Below are positions 1-8,149 of a stretch of DNA of 43,769 bases, piece by piece. The DNA is from a virus (lineage: Duplodnaviria > Caudoviricetes). The notes below the pieces were generated by a model that did not search any database, was not told the DNA's origin, and saw only the letters and a program-made list of their open reading frames with translations. The DNA is taken from positions 1-43,769 of the IMG/VR virus record IMGVR_UViG_3300031454_000011. One strand, 5' to 3'. The position numbers and the translations under genes were made by a program. Each line of letters opens with the position of its first letter. Position 1 is the first letter of the stretch.

Positions 1-127
1 TGCGGAGAATAGAAATGTGCGATTTTTCGCCTGGCTTTGGGCCTGACTACGATACCCTAGCTAAAATTGCTTACGTTACTCCTTACACGATTGAAGAATT
101 GAGCGCGATAGCTAGGGAGCGAAGTCT
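1..127. repeat. Terminal direct repeat (circularity overlap), copy 1
   Basis: Bases 1-127 are identical to 43643-43769. 127 nt is a common assembler k-mer length, and an ORF reads across the junction. Confidence 0.95.
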
Positions 128-245
128 TGAGATGGTGCGAACTTATCGAGTAGCTGAGGATGTTCTTCCAGCAATTAGAGAATTGCCGAAAGTCCAAAGA
201 CTCCGGCTAATTCAAATGATTGCTTCAGAGATGATCCACGAATAG
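1..245 (+). CDS. 3' part of a junction-spanning XRE-like HTH regulator (133 aa in total, start at 43486)
   Basis: ORF 15..245 is in frame with the ATG at 43486 once the sequence is circularised: MANGHGYTTQGVKDLAKIIKQARGFLSYRDFE...VPFSTLRRIE...PDYDTLAKIA. Confidence 0.8.
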   Translation, partial: RRIEMCDFSPGFGPDYDTLAKIAYVTPYTIEELSAIARERSLEMVRTYRVAEDVLPAIRELPKVQRLRLIQMIASEMIHE

Positions 246-255
246 AGCTACATCG

Positions 256-804
256 CTACTTAATCCGTATGCTTGTTCCGCGCTCTGCTAACCTGGCCCA
301 TTCTAGTTGTTCTCCTGCTTGCAGAGCTTCGGCAATCGCTTTTCTATCAAGCTCAATTGAGGTTACTTGAAAGCGGGCATCAATTTTTGAGTAATCGATT
401 TGCTGCGTTATTACTACAGGTAAACTACCGCCATTTTTAGCTAAATTCAGTTTATATCGTGCAGTCTGTATTGATTTAAGGTCATGCAATTGAAAAAACA
501 TCTTTAAGCGCCCCTTTAAAAGTTTGATGCGCGTTTCATCAGCTTGTGCTAGGGAGCTTAGTCGTTCCGCTTCCTTACGTCTAGCAAGAGCCGTCGCTTG
601 TAGTTGAGCTATGTAAGCGCAATATCCGTCGAGCTTGCGATCGCGCTCCTCTCCTAATTTTTCAAACCAATCATTTATCAATTGCTGCTGCTGTTCGTCT
701 CCTTCGTCCCACTCGTCGAGTAAGTCGGCAAGTGTTTCTAAGTCGTGACCGATATCAAATAAAGTCCGGCGAGTAGTTGTAGTAGAGGAATCTTCACTAA
801 TCAT
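256..804 (-). CDS. Siphovirus Gp157-family protein
   Basis: Helical coiled coil (KLDGYCAYIAQLQA...EAERL), a KNGG motif and a C-terminal ARLAERGTSIRIK typical of Gp157. Confidence 0.85.
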   Translation of the reverse strand: MISEDSSTTTTRRTLFDIGHDLETLADLLDEWDEGDEQQQQLINDWFEKLGEERDRKLDGYCAYIAQLQATALARRKEAERLSSLAQADETRIKLLKGRLKMFFQLHDLKSIQTARYKLNLAKNGGSLPVVITQQIDYSKIDARFQVTSIELDRKAIAEALQAGEQLEWARLAERGTSIRIK

Positions 805-902
805 TTTTTTTGTTCTCAGTAGGTGTTCAGGTTTGTTAGTTGAAAAATAAACTAATCAGAACTGGTTTGTTCGGATTAGTTTGTTCAGGTTAGTCAGATG
901 GC

Positions 903-1871
903 TCAGATGTTAGTCGCGCTAGGAATTGATTGCAAGTAGTCTAAAAAGTGTTCTAGTTCGCTCTCTATCAATAACGAGCGGCTAGATTTACCAAATGTAG
1001 CTTTTAGGTACGCCTTGCCTTCCTGCTTGCTCATTCCAGTACGCTCCAGTTCTACGGAGGTAGCCGCAATTAAATCAGATAAGTCTACAGGTTCAGCCGA
1101 TTTTAAAGCTGGCAGTTCTCTATTAATCAGTTGCGCTTTAACTTGGTTATCTTGCGATCGCGCTAAGAGCAAGCCAAACTCCGGGTCTATCTCTAGATGG
1201 CATAGCCAGCGCTTCATAGGAAACGTATTGCCGTTATCGTCAGTGCGGCTAATTGTTTTCTCAGTGCGGCAAAACTTGAACGGTATCTTAGTTAAATCAA
1301 AGCTGCTGTAAGCCTCCAAGTTGCCTTGGATTTCTACAATGTCGTGGATAGAGTGAGTAGTTAAGCTTACTTGTCCTGGGTAATTAAGGTCAGGTAGGAA
1401 AAACCTTAACCTACCTGTAGGCGCGCAACTCATGGGGCATTTATTCATCCCTTCAAGGGCCGCGCAGGGTATCGGTTCCTTTGATAGCGTCCCTTTCTCC
1501 GTCGTATGCAAGCTTACAAATTCACCATTACAGCGCCTTGTACAGCGCTCTATACCCTTTACTTGTTTCCATACCTCGTTATCGGTAGCAAAATTTTGTT
1601 CAGGTTCGCTATGGGCAAATCTAATCCGAACAGTGCGAGGTTTTTCTCCTAGCTCCAAATATCTAGCTTTTAGTTCGTCGTATAAGCTTCCAAACCCTTT
1701 AATCATTGCTGGGAACTCTCTAAGCCTTTCGCTAGGCTCAAATCTGAAATGGTCTAAATCCTCCCCAAAAATCTCCTTGCCACTAGCGTTGGTACGCTTA
1801 GGCGAACCCTTGTAAAGTCTACCGATTTCGCTAAATCTTGGGCGTATTTGTCCTGGTCTTACTAATGCCAT
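903..1871 (-). CDS. Gp3-like (phiC31 recombination directionality factor-like) recombination/replication protein
   Basis: N-terminal IGRLYKG...DLDHFRF, Cys-rich RRCNGE...C...C...C.PTGRLRF and TTHSIHDI motifs. Confidence 0.65.
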   Translation of the reverse strand: MALVRPGQIRPRFSEIGRLYKGSPKRTNASGKEIFGEDLDHFRFEPSERLREFPAMIKGFGSLYDELKARYLELGEKPRTVRIRFAHSEPEQNFATDNEVWKQVKGIERCTRRCNGEFVSLHTTEKGTLSKEPIPCAALEGMNKCPMSCAPTGRLRFFLPDLNYPGQVSLTTHSIHDIVEIQGNLEAYSSFDLTKIPFKFCRTEKTISRTDDNGNTFPMKRWLCHLEIDPEFGLLLARSQDNQVKAQLINRELPALKSAEPVDLSDLIAATSVELERTGMSKQEGKAYLKATFGKSSRSLLIESELEHFLDYLQSIPSATNI

Positions 1872-1940
1872 CGTTCTCCTAGGGCGATTAAAAAAAATAA
1901 AATAACCCGAACACCTTTGTTCTGGTTATTTTTGTGCTGG

Positions 1941-2183
1941 TTATTCTACGTCAACGCCAGCGACTTGATACTTAGTGTCAGCTTTGTAGCTAACACCTTT
2001 TAAAACGGGCATAGCTTGCTCCTTAACGCTGTTCTTGGCCTGCTCCCAAAGCATCTGAGCTACAGCCTCAGTGTCTTCGTCATCGTCCACACTGCCCCAC
2101 ATCGTAATGCCTAGCTCCATTGATTCGTAGTTACCTAGATTGAACTTTCTCCGGTACTCAACAGCTATCTTCCCTACTTTCAT
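1941..2183 (-). CDS. Small phage protein with a FNLGNYES motif
   Basis: 80-aa ORF with a GGAG RBS; the motif is common in phage hypothetical proteins. Confidence 0.7.
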   Translation of the reverse strand: MKVGKIAVEYRRKFNLGNYESMELGITMWGSVDDDEDTEAVAQMLWEQAKNSVKEQAMPVLKGVSYKADTKYQVAGVDVE

Positions 2184-2324
2184 TACTTACTCCAATAATT
2201 ATTATGTGTTTCTCTTGTCAACTTTTTGATAAACTGCCATGAGGGGAAGTCTATCTAAAAATTTAACCTGAGCGCGTATACCTGAACAAAATAACCAGAA
2301 CAATCGCGTTCTGATTATTTTTTC

Positions 2325-2477
2325 TTACACCCACTTTTGCTGAAACTGGATATTTTTGCCAAAGTTGGCATTTTGAATCGCTCGTTGTGCATCCCACGCT
2401 TGGTTGTAGGAAAATAATCCTGCAAAAATCCAAGTCACGCCATTATCGAAGGAGTAAAGAAGTGAAACGTTATTCAT
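2325..2477 (-). CDS. Hypothetical 50-aa protein (not in ORF track)
   Basis: MNNVSLLYSFDNGVTWIFAG...; its ATG overlaps the upstream TAA (TAATG coupling). Confidence 0.6.
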   Translation of the reverse strand: MNNVSLLYSFDNGVTWIFAGLFSYNQAWDAQRAIQNANFGKNIQFQQKWV

Positions 2478-2686
2478 TACTCGATACCTTCCTTAATAGC
2501 TGCTGTAAGTTGTTCGATTGAATCGATGTAATCTTCTGCTTCAATGGTTAGTTCGTCCGGTTCAATTGAGGAATCGTTTAAAATTTCCTCAAGTTGTGCA
2601 ATTACTTCCTTTAGGCTTGTTAAATCGCGCTTTACTGTATCTTTCATTTTTTTGCTCCTCAGTGTGTGCGAGATAAACCCGAACAA
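2477..2686 (-). CDS. Hypothetical acidic helical protein (likely start ~2647)
   Basis: ORF; a GAGGAG RBS precedes the ATG of MKDTVK. Confidence 0.65.
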   Translation of the reverse strand: MFGFISHTLRSKKMKDTVKRDLTSLKEVIAQLEEILNDSSIEPDELTIEAEDYIDSIEQLTAAIKEGIE

Positions 2687-2711
2687 CTGTTGTTCGGGTT
2701 AGGTAATTTAT

Positions 2712-3032
2712 TTAGAAAGGCGCTTCGTTGGGGTCTTCTGTTTCTTCCCAGTAGCTAGTAATTCCGAACCCCTTTAACCAGGGAGTAGTCTCAACTAGTT
2801 CGCGTACTTTTTCGATACTACGCTCAGAAACTACCACATCTAAAATCTTCCAGGTGTCAGGGATTCCATCGCGATCGCAAGTGTAACTAGCCACTTCAAC
2901 TGTATAGCGGTAAGCAGGCTTCAAGTGGAAGTTCTCAACTCGCTCTGTCAAGTAATTAACTTGTCCAGTCGTTGGGCAAAATTGCTCCCAGGTTTGCGCT
3001 GTCTGTACTGATTCGACTGATTGAGTCATCAT
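2712..3032 (-). CDS. Hypothetical protein, first gene of the leftward early operon
   Basis: 106-aa ORF with an AAGGA RBS, ending in EAPF. Confidence 0.7.
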   Translation of the reverse strand: MMTQSVESVQTAQTWEQFCPTTGQVNYLTERVENFHLKPAYRYTVEVASYTCDRDGIPDTWKILDVVVSERSIEKVRELVETTPWLKGFGITSYWEETEDPNEAPF

Positions 3033-3056
3033 AGTTTTATCCTTTATTGGTGTAAT

Positions 3057-3090
3057 GCCTTCTCTATGTCCGTAGAGGAGGCTTTTTTTT
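3057..3090 (+). terminator. Intrinsic terminator-like hairpin
   Basis: GCCTTCTCTA-TGTCCG-TAGAGGAGGC followed by T8. Confidence 0.6.
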
Positions 3091-3181
3091 GTCTCGTCTA
3101 TTTAAGTTGCTTGGGTATCTCTTCCAGGCGTACCGCTTTCCGTCTTCCCTGGTTGTTCTCGTTTCCCTTGCTTATATAACT

Positions 3182-3232
3182 AATATAACAACCTGTTAGT
3201 GTATTGTCAATAGGTTAGTGCTAATTAGTTAG
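3182..3232 (-). promoter_or_regulatory. Leftward sigma70-type promoter with overlapping operators (PL-like)
   Basis: On the minus strand, TTGACA-17 nt-TATATT, overlapped by CTAACnnGTTAG-like palindromes. Confidence 0.75.
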
Positions 3233-3285
3233 AAGTAACTGATTAGTATACAATATTGATAGTTCTAACCGTTTGGTGTTAACCT

Positions 3286-3549
3286 ATGAGTGAAAGAGTA
3301 AGAAATTTGCTGTATATGCGTAGTCCGATGATGGAGTTAAGGAAAAAGAGCGGTTTAAAAGCCGAACAAGTCGCGGTCAAGCTAGGCATAGCCATGTCTA
3401 CAGTCCGCAATTGGGAGCAAGGCAAGACAATTCCTAAGTTACGAATAGATCAGTTTGTCAAACTTTGTGAGTTATACGATTGCTCGTTAGAAGAGCTTTA
3501 CAAAGCCGTTAAAACCATTTGCAGTGAAACCGATAACCTAGTCGCGTAA
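3286..3549 (+). CDS. XRE/cI-Cro-family HTH repressor
   Basis: LRKKSGLKAEQVAVKLGIAMSTVRNWEQGKTIP is a canonical HTH_3; the gene is flanked by operator arrays. Confidence 0.9.
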   Translation: MSERVRNLLYMRSPMMELRKKSGLKAEQVAVKLGIAMSTVRNWEQGKTIPKLRIDQFVKLCELYDCSLEELYKAVKTICSETDNLVA

Positions 3550-3578
3550 CCGTTCCCCTTTTTAACTCCACATCTATT

Positions 3579-3603
3579 AGCTCTCAAAACGAGGGCTTTT
3601 TTT
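3579..3603 (+). terminator. Intrinsic terminator after the repressor
   Basis: AGCTCTC-AAAAC-GAGGGCT followed by a T run. Confidence 0.7.
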
Positions 3604-3616
3604 ATATCAATAATAT

Positions 3617-3667
3617 CTAATCAGTTAGTTCTAACCTATTGACATTAAACTAACGGGTTAGTATAAT
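3617..3667 (+). promoter_or_regulatory. Rightward sigma70-type promoter with operators (PR-like)
   Basis: TTGACA (3639)-17 nt-TATATA (3662); operators CTAATCAGTTAG, CTAACCTATTG and CTAACGGGTTAG. Confidence 0.8.
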
Positions 3668-3701
3668 AGAACTATAAGCAAGCAATAAAGGAAGCGGACA
3701 A

Positions 3702-4208
3702 ATGAAATCAATCATGCAAGTTTTTTACACATCAAAGCGCGCCGAGCTACTACTAGCGGCTAAGGGTATTAAGGCTAAGGTTATGAGAATAACGATTGTT
3801 AGACCAAGCGGTAAGCTTTACAACTGCGTCCACGTGGTTTATAGCGTAGCTGGTAGCGTTTGCAGCACGTTTCTAAGCTGCAAAGAGTTCTTAGTTAGAG
3901 CAGTTGCAAATCGCAAGGATGGCTCAAGCGAGTATTTTGTCTCAGATACAAACTACCCAAATCAATATCACGTTTACGGTAAAGATGCTGACTTATTAGT
4001 TCAGCCCGGCTACACCGTTACAGCGTTCCCCAAAGCGATCGTCTGTGAGTGTTTAGATTATCAAAAACAAGCTGCTGTCTACGCCGAGCATCCCTACTTA
4101 TGGAAGCAACTATTTAAAGAAAAGCAAATATGTAAGCACGGGTTCGCACTGTTGAAAACTCTAGGCTTTGGTAAGTTATCGACATATTTAAAAGCTCAAG
4201 CGGTCTAG
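3702..4208 (+). CDS. SWIM zinc-finger protein
   Basis: CECLDY...CKH pattern. Confidence 0.7.
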   Translation: MKSIMQVFYTSKRAELLLAAKGIKAKVMRITIVRPSGKLYNCVHVVYSVAGSVCSTFLSCKEFLVRAVANRKDGSSEYFVSDTNYPNQYHVYGKDADLLVQPGYTVTAFPKAIVCECLDYQKQAAVYAEHPYLWKQLFKEKQICKHGFALLKTLGFGKLSTYLKAQAV

Positions 4209-4256
4209 CCTACGGGGGAACCATCCCCCCTCCCAAAAATTAATAAGGATTAAATA

Positions 4257-4454
4257 ATGATTCCAGATTTGCAGCCAGAAATAATTGAAACTTACACTCA
4301 AGCGCTCGATTCTATTCTTCATTTTAAAGCCGAGACTAAAGAACTTAATAGCCAAGAAATTGAGGAGCAAATCGATAATTTAAACTGCCGCGTCAGTGCC
4401 TTGTATTTACTCGCTATGAAAAGCGCGAACATTATTTACCCATCTAATTGTTAA
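4257..4454 (+). CDS. Hypothetical protein
   Basis: 65-aa ORF with an AAGGA RBS. Confidence 0.6.
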   Translation: MIPDLQPEIIETYTQALDSILHFKAETKELNSQEIEEQIDNLNCRVSALYLLAMKSANIIYPSNC

Positions 4455-4777
4455 GAGGTAAAGTTATGGATTTTTGGGACAGACTCGATTTTATTGATGA
4501 AGTGAATTACACCTATCACGACAAAGGAGGAAAGAAAAATTTTATAAATGATTTTTGGGGGAATTTGTATCTAAGTAAGGTTAATATTTGCCTGTTTTTT
4601 GGATGGGAAAGCACCCAAGAGCCTGATTCGGATTGGATAAGTGGATTTGCTTATTTTGATGAAGAAGCGAGATGTGATGGGCTTGCACCAAGAGACTCTT
4701 GGGATTGGAAAGAAATTTGCACTACAGCAAGTTTTACAGATTGGCACTACGGAATTTTAGAAAATTGCAATTATTAA
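4448..4777 (+). CDS. Hypothetical aromatic/acidic protein (likely start 4466)
   Basis: ORF within the operon; GAGG precedes the ATG of MDFWDRL. Confidence 0.6.
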   Translation: MLRGKVMDFWDRLDFIDEVNYTYHDKGGKKNFINDFWGNLYLSKVNICLFFGWESTQEPDSDWISGFAYFDEEARCDGLAPRDSWDWKEICTTASFTDWHYGILENCNY

Positions 4778-4793
4778 ATAGGAAATAACAATC

Positions 4794-7454
4794 ATGCAGA
4801 CATTAGTAAAATTTGCTCCATCAAAATACCAGCAAGCTATTTTTGATTTTGTTACAGAAGGCAGAGGCGATGCGGTAGTTAATGCCGTGGCTGGTAGTGG
4901 TAAAACTTCTACTCTAGTTGAAGCCTCGAAGCTACTGAGAAGCGACCGCGCTTTGTTCCTAGCGTTCAACAAACACATCGCTACTGAGCTAGAATCACGC
5001 CTTGGCAGGGCGATGGCGGCTAAAACGATTCACTCTATCGGTGTCGGGTGTTTGCGTTCCTACCTTCCTCGTGTAACAGTTGACGAATCGAAAATAGGCG
5101 ACATTAGTAAGCCCTACTCAATTGAGATAAGCAACCATCTAGAGAAGGCTTACCAGTTGCAACTAAAAGCTTGGTATAGAGATCCAGCAGGAGACCCGCC
5201 CCAAGAACCTCCTAACTTCGGCGTAGCAATCGGTTTGTTTAAAAAAATTGTTCATTTTATCCGCGTAACTCTTACTGATGTTAAAGATAAAGCAGCAGTG
5301 GAGGCTATGTGCGATCGCTTTGGTTGCATCGATGAGGGAGGGGACTTGGTTCCCTTCGATACTCTTTACACTTACTTGCCTACAATCCTTTCTGAGTGCG
5401 AACGCAACGCCGAGCGAGGAATTATTGACTACGATGATATGCTTTGGCTCCCCTACATTTGGAGCTTGCAGCCTCCTAAGTACGAATGGATTTTTGTAGA
5501 TGAATGCTTACCAGGAGATAGCTTAGTTACTTTGGCTGATGGCTCCCAACTACCCATTCAAACTATTGTTGAAAATCGGATACCAATATCAGTCTTGTGC
5601 TACAATGAACAAACATCCAAGATTGAAGTTAAAGCTGTAACAGGGTGGCGGAAAGTTCCGCGTCGAGGTCGTCAGATTATGCAGATTGGTAATCTGCAAG
5701 CGACTGAAGATCATCCTATTTACACAAAAGAATTTGGATATATCTCTATGAAGTCTGCATTGACTTATGGAGATGTTCACGTAATGGTTTTAAACAGTGA
5801 AAAAGTACGATCCGAGTGTGCAGTTAACGCATCGGGAGCAGTCGATTATCGTCGGTGGGCTACTTGGCGACGCATCAATCAGCAGGGGGGTTTGGAAGGG
5901 GAAACTGTGCAATGCCAGAGTAAGATTTATCCAAGGACAAGCACAGCTACCTTACCTAGAGTGGAAACAGTCAGAGCTACAGCGATGGGTAGGCACTTCG
6001 ATATCAACGACACCACAACAGACAGAGTATGGAGGGACGGTTTACCGTTTTGCAACTTTAACTCATCCAGTATTTACAGAAGTCTGTCAGTTAATCAAAC
6101 CGAATGGTGGAAAGAAACGAATAACTCAAGCACTTCTGCCATACCTTACCGATTTAGCTCTAGCAGTGTGGTTTATGGACGATGGATCGATCGGGTACTC
6201 GGATGCACGTATAGCTACCTATGCGCTACCAAGTCAAGATTTGGATCTAGTTGCCGATTACCTGACTCAAACTGGTTTAACTTGCAAGAGGATGGAGACA
6301 ACCAAGGGCAATATTCTAACTTTCACGGCAGTAGGGATGCGATCGCTAGAGAAAAGAATTGCGCCATTTATACACCCGTGTTTAGCGTACAAGATAGGGC
6401 AAACTGCACCAGGAACATGCGTGGTTTGCAGCAAGATTTTTTTAGTTCGCAAGATTTCGTCGCCATTGCGAACACCTCAGACTTGCAGCAGAAGTTGCAA
6501 TGTGCAGCTAGGACACAAAGCGCGGAGGTTGAACAAGATGAATGGGTCTATTGCTTAGATGTGGCAGATAATCATAACTTTTTTGCTGATGGTGCTTTGG
6601 TTCACAATTGCCAAGATTTGAGCGCTGCCCAGCTTGACCTAGTTTTAAAATTGCGCGCTCCAGGCGGTCGAATGTTGTTTGTCGGCGACCCTAAACAAGC
6701 TGTGTACGGTTTTGCTGGTGCTGATAGTGAATCATTCGAGCGAATCATCGAACGAACATCTGCAACTGTATTACCTCTTAGTATCTGCTATCGCTGCCCA
6801 GCTACTCATATTAAACTCGCTCAAGCTATCGTTGCAGAAATTGAAGCCAAGGAGGATGCGACTGAGGGCATCGTCGAAGATATTAAACCTAATGCAGTGC
6901 ATGAAATGATTAAGGAGGGCGATTTAATTATCTCTCGTTGCACCGCGCCTGTAGTTAAGCTTTGCATAGAACTGATAGCCAAACGCATTCCTGCTAGGGT
7001 ACGAGGGCGCGATATCGGTAAAGCTTTAACTACAATCGTCCGTGATGTAGCCAAGCATCCTGAATTTAGTTTTGATAAATTCGGTTATTACCTTGAGGAA
7101 TACGCAGACATCAGACTCAATAAGTTAAAGCAGAAGCGGAACAGCGAGGCTCAAATTGAATCATTTAGCGATCGCATCCAAGGCATTGAGGTTTGCTACG
7201 AAGCCTTTAATGCTAAGAGCCTAGGAGACTTGCAGCGAGAGATTGAGGCGCTGTTTAGTGATTCTCGCTCCTCTGTTATCTTATCTACCGTACATCGAGC
7301 TAAGGGACTTGAGAACGAGCGCGTATTTATCCTAGAGCCTGATAAACTCCCTCTACGGTGGATAGGTCAGCAAAAGTGGCAATTAGAACAGGAATTTAAC
7401 GTTAAATACATTAGTTTGACAAGAGCTAAAAGCGCTTTATACTTCATCAGATAA
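4794..7454 (+). CDS. UvrD/Rep-like SF1 helicase precursor containing an intein (mature protein ~518 aa)
   Basis: Walker A AVAGSGKT; Walker B VDE|CQD split by the intein; VGDPKQAVYGF, CYRC, STVHRAKGLE and YISLTRAK motifs. Confidence 0.92.
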   Translation: MQTLVKFAPSKYQQAIFDFVTEGRGDAVVNAVAGSGKTSTLVEASKLLRSDRALFLAFNKHIATELESRLGRAMAAKTIHSIGVGCLRSYLPRVTVDESKIGDISKPYSIEISNHLEKAYQLQLKAWYRDPAGDPPQEPPNFGVAIGLFKKIVHFIRVTLTDVKDKAAVEAMCDRFGCIDEGGDLVPFDTLYTYLPTILSECERNAERGIIDYDDMLWLPYIWSLQPPKYEWIFVDECLPGDSLVTLADGSQLPIQTIVENRIPISVLCYNEQTSKIEVKAVTGWRKVPRRGRQIMQIGNLQATEDHPIYTKEFGYISMKSALTYGDVHVMVLNSEKVRSECAVNASGAVDYRRWATWRRINQQGGLEGETVQCQSKIYPRTSTATLPRVETVRATAMGRHFDINDTTTDRVWRDGLPFCNFNSSSIYRSLSVNQTEWWKETNNSSTSAIPYRFSSSSVVYGRWIDRVLGCTYSYLCATKSRFGSSCRLPDSNWFNLQEDGDNQGQYSNFHGSRDAIAREKNCAIYTPVFSVQDRANCTRNMRGLQQDFFSSQDFVAIANTSDLQQKLQCAARTQSAEVEQDEWVYCLDVADNHNFFADGALVHNCQDLSAAQLDLVLKLRAPGGRMLFVGDPKQAVYGFAGADSESFERIIERTSATVLPLSICYRCPATHIKLAQAIVAEIEAKEDATEGIVEDIKPNAVHEMIKEGDLIISRCTAPVVKLCIELIAKRIPARVRGRDIGKALTTIVRDVAKHPEFSFDKFGYYLEEYADIRLNKLKQKRNSEAQIESFSDRIQGIEVCYEAFNAKSLGDLQREIEALFSDSRSSVILSTVHRAKGLENERVFILEPDKLPLRWIGQQKWQLEQEFNVKYISLTRAKSALYFIR
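5505..6608 (+). mobile_element. Intein (368 aa) inserted in helicase motif II
   Basis: Block A CLPGDSLVTLADG, block B ATEDHPIY, block F/G VYCLDVADNHNFFADGALVHN, followed by Cys+1. Confidence 0.93.
5797..6558 (+). CDS. LAGLIDADG homing endonuclease nested in the +1 frame of the intein
   Basis: Two motifs, IIVGGLLGDASI and LAVWFMDDGS, plus a C-terminal CxxC...CxxxC; GTG start. Confidence 0.88.
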   Translation: MKKYDPSVQLTHREQSIIVGGLLGDASISRGVWKGKLCNARVRFIQGQAQLPYLEWKQSELQRWVGTSISTTPQQTEYGGTVYRFATLTHPVFTEVCQLIKPNGGKKRITQALLPYLTDLALAVWFMDDGSIGYSDARIATYALPSQDLDLVADYLTQTGLTCKRMETTKGNILTFTAVGMRSLEKRIAPFIHPCLAYKIGQTAPGTCVVCSKIFLVRKISSPLRTPQTCSRSCNVQLGHKARRLNKMNGSIA

Positions 7455-7464
7455 ATATCAACAT

Positions 7465-7549
7465 TTGGGTAGAGTTTATATTAACTTTACCCAACTCTAT
7501 TTATGTGAGTATATAATAGTAGTATAAGCACAGTAAAGGAACTAGATAA
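7465..7549 (+). promoter_or_regulatory. Repeated hairpin + promoter + RBS cassette, copy A
   Basis: TTGGGTAGAGTT/AACTTTACCCAA hairpin, then GAGTATATAATAGTAGTATAAGCA and AAAGGA. Confidence 0.7.
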
Positions 7550-7801
7550 ATGAATCCTCAAGTACAAATCAAACTAACAAGCGACCGCAACCTTAACTTA
7601 GACGCTTTGATGATTATGGGACTAGCGGAACGTAAGAATGGGTACGATGTAACCTCCAACAAGTTTGTTCAGTGTTGCAATGAAATCTATCAAATCTCTA
7701 GTAAAGGAGACACCCACAGACAATCGAAATTGCACTGGCTACTTAAGGATTTGATGCAAATCAATAATGTAGATTGGATTGAAACTTTACAGTACGTTTA
7801 A
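7550..7801 (+). CDS. Hypothetical early protein
   Basis: ORF directly after cassette A. Confidence 0.75.
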   Translation: MNPQVQIKLTSDRNLNLDALMIMGLAERKNGYDVTSNKFVQCCNEIYQISSKGDTHRQSKLHWLLKDLMQINNVDWIETLQYV

Positions 7802-7803
7802 TA

Positions 7804-7891
7804 AGAAGTAGGTAAGGTTTACATTAACTTTACCTACTTCTAAAAGCCTGAATATATAATAGTAATATGAGCGCAGTAAAGGGGTTAAAAA
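7804..7891 (+). promoter_or_regulatory. Repeated hairpin + promoter + RBS cassette, copy B
   Basis: AGAAGTAGGTAAGGTT/AACTTTACCTACTTCT hairpin, TATAAT at 7855, then AAAGGGG. Confidence 0.7.
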
Positions 7892-8122
7892 ATGATTAAG
7901 GTAGAGAAAACCAACGAGCAAGTAGAACTAGCTTTAGAGGTTATCAGAAAACACCGTTACGATATGAAAGAGCAAGATTGCCTTGTAGTTGCAACACGCG
8001 TTAGTCCTCGCTCTAAAGTGTTTTACGGGTTTAGATTTTGTAAAAAGAGTGAATGTTTAATTGACAGCATCATAAAAAATAGTGATGGCTCAATATCTAA
8101 AGTAGTAGCAATAGTTAAATAG
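7892..8122 (+). CDS. Hypothetical early protein
   Basis: ORF directly after cassette B. Confidence 0.7.
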   Translation: MIKVEKTNEQVELALEVIRKHRYDMKEQDCLVVATRVSPRSKVFYGFRFCKKSECLIDSIIKNSDGSISKVVAIVK

Positions 8123-8149
8123 TAACATTAACCAATAGAGGATAGGACA

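Noticed and set aside
1015-1815. Antisense and alternate-frame ORFs here and elsewhere (e.g. 13750, 22662, 25497, 36964)
   Set aside because: They are shadows of well-supported genes, with no motifs or RBS.
2676-2700. GAAC-N-GTTC palindromes as Gram-positive-type SOS boxes
   Set aside because: Spacing varies (N6, N7) rather than the fixed N4, and the host appears cyanobacterial.
5789-5795. TTTAAAC as a frameshift that fuses the intein to the endonuclease
   Set aside because: A -1 shift enters the third frame and stops at once, whereas the nuclease is in +1. Kept only as a coupling hypothesis.
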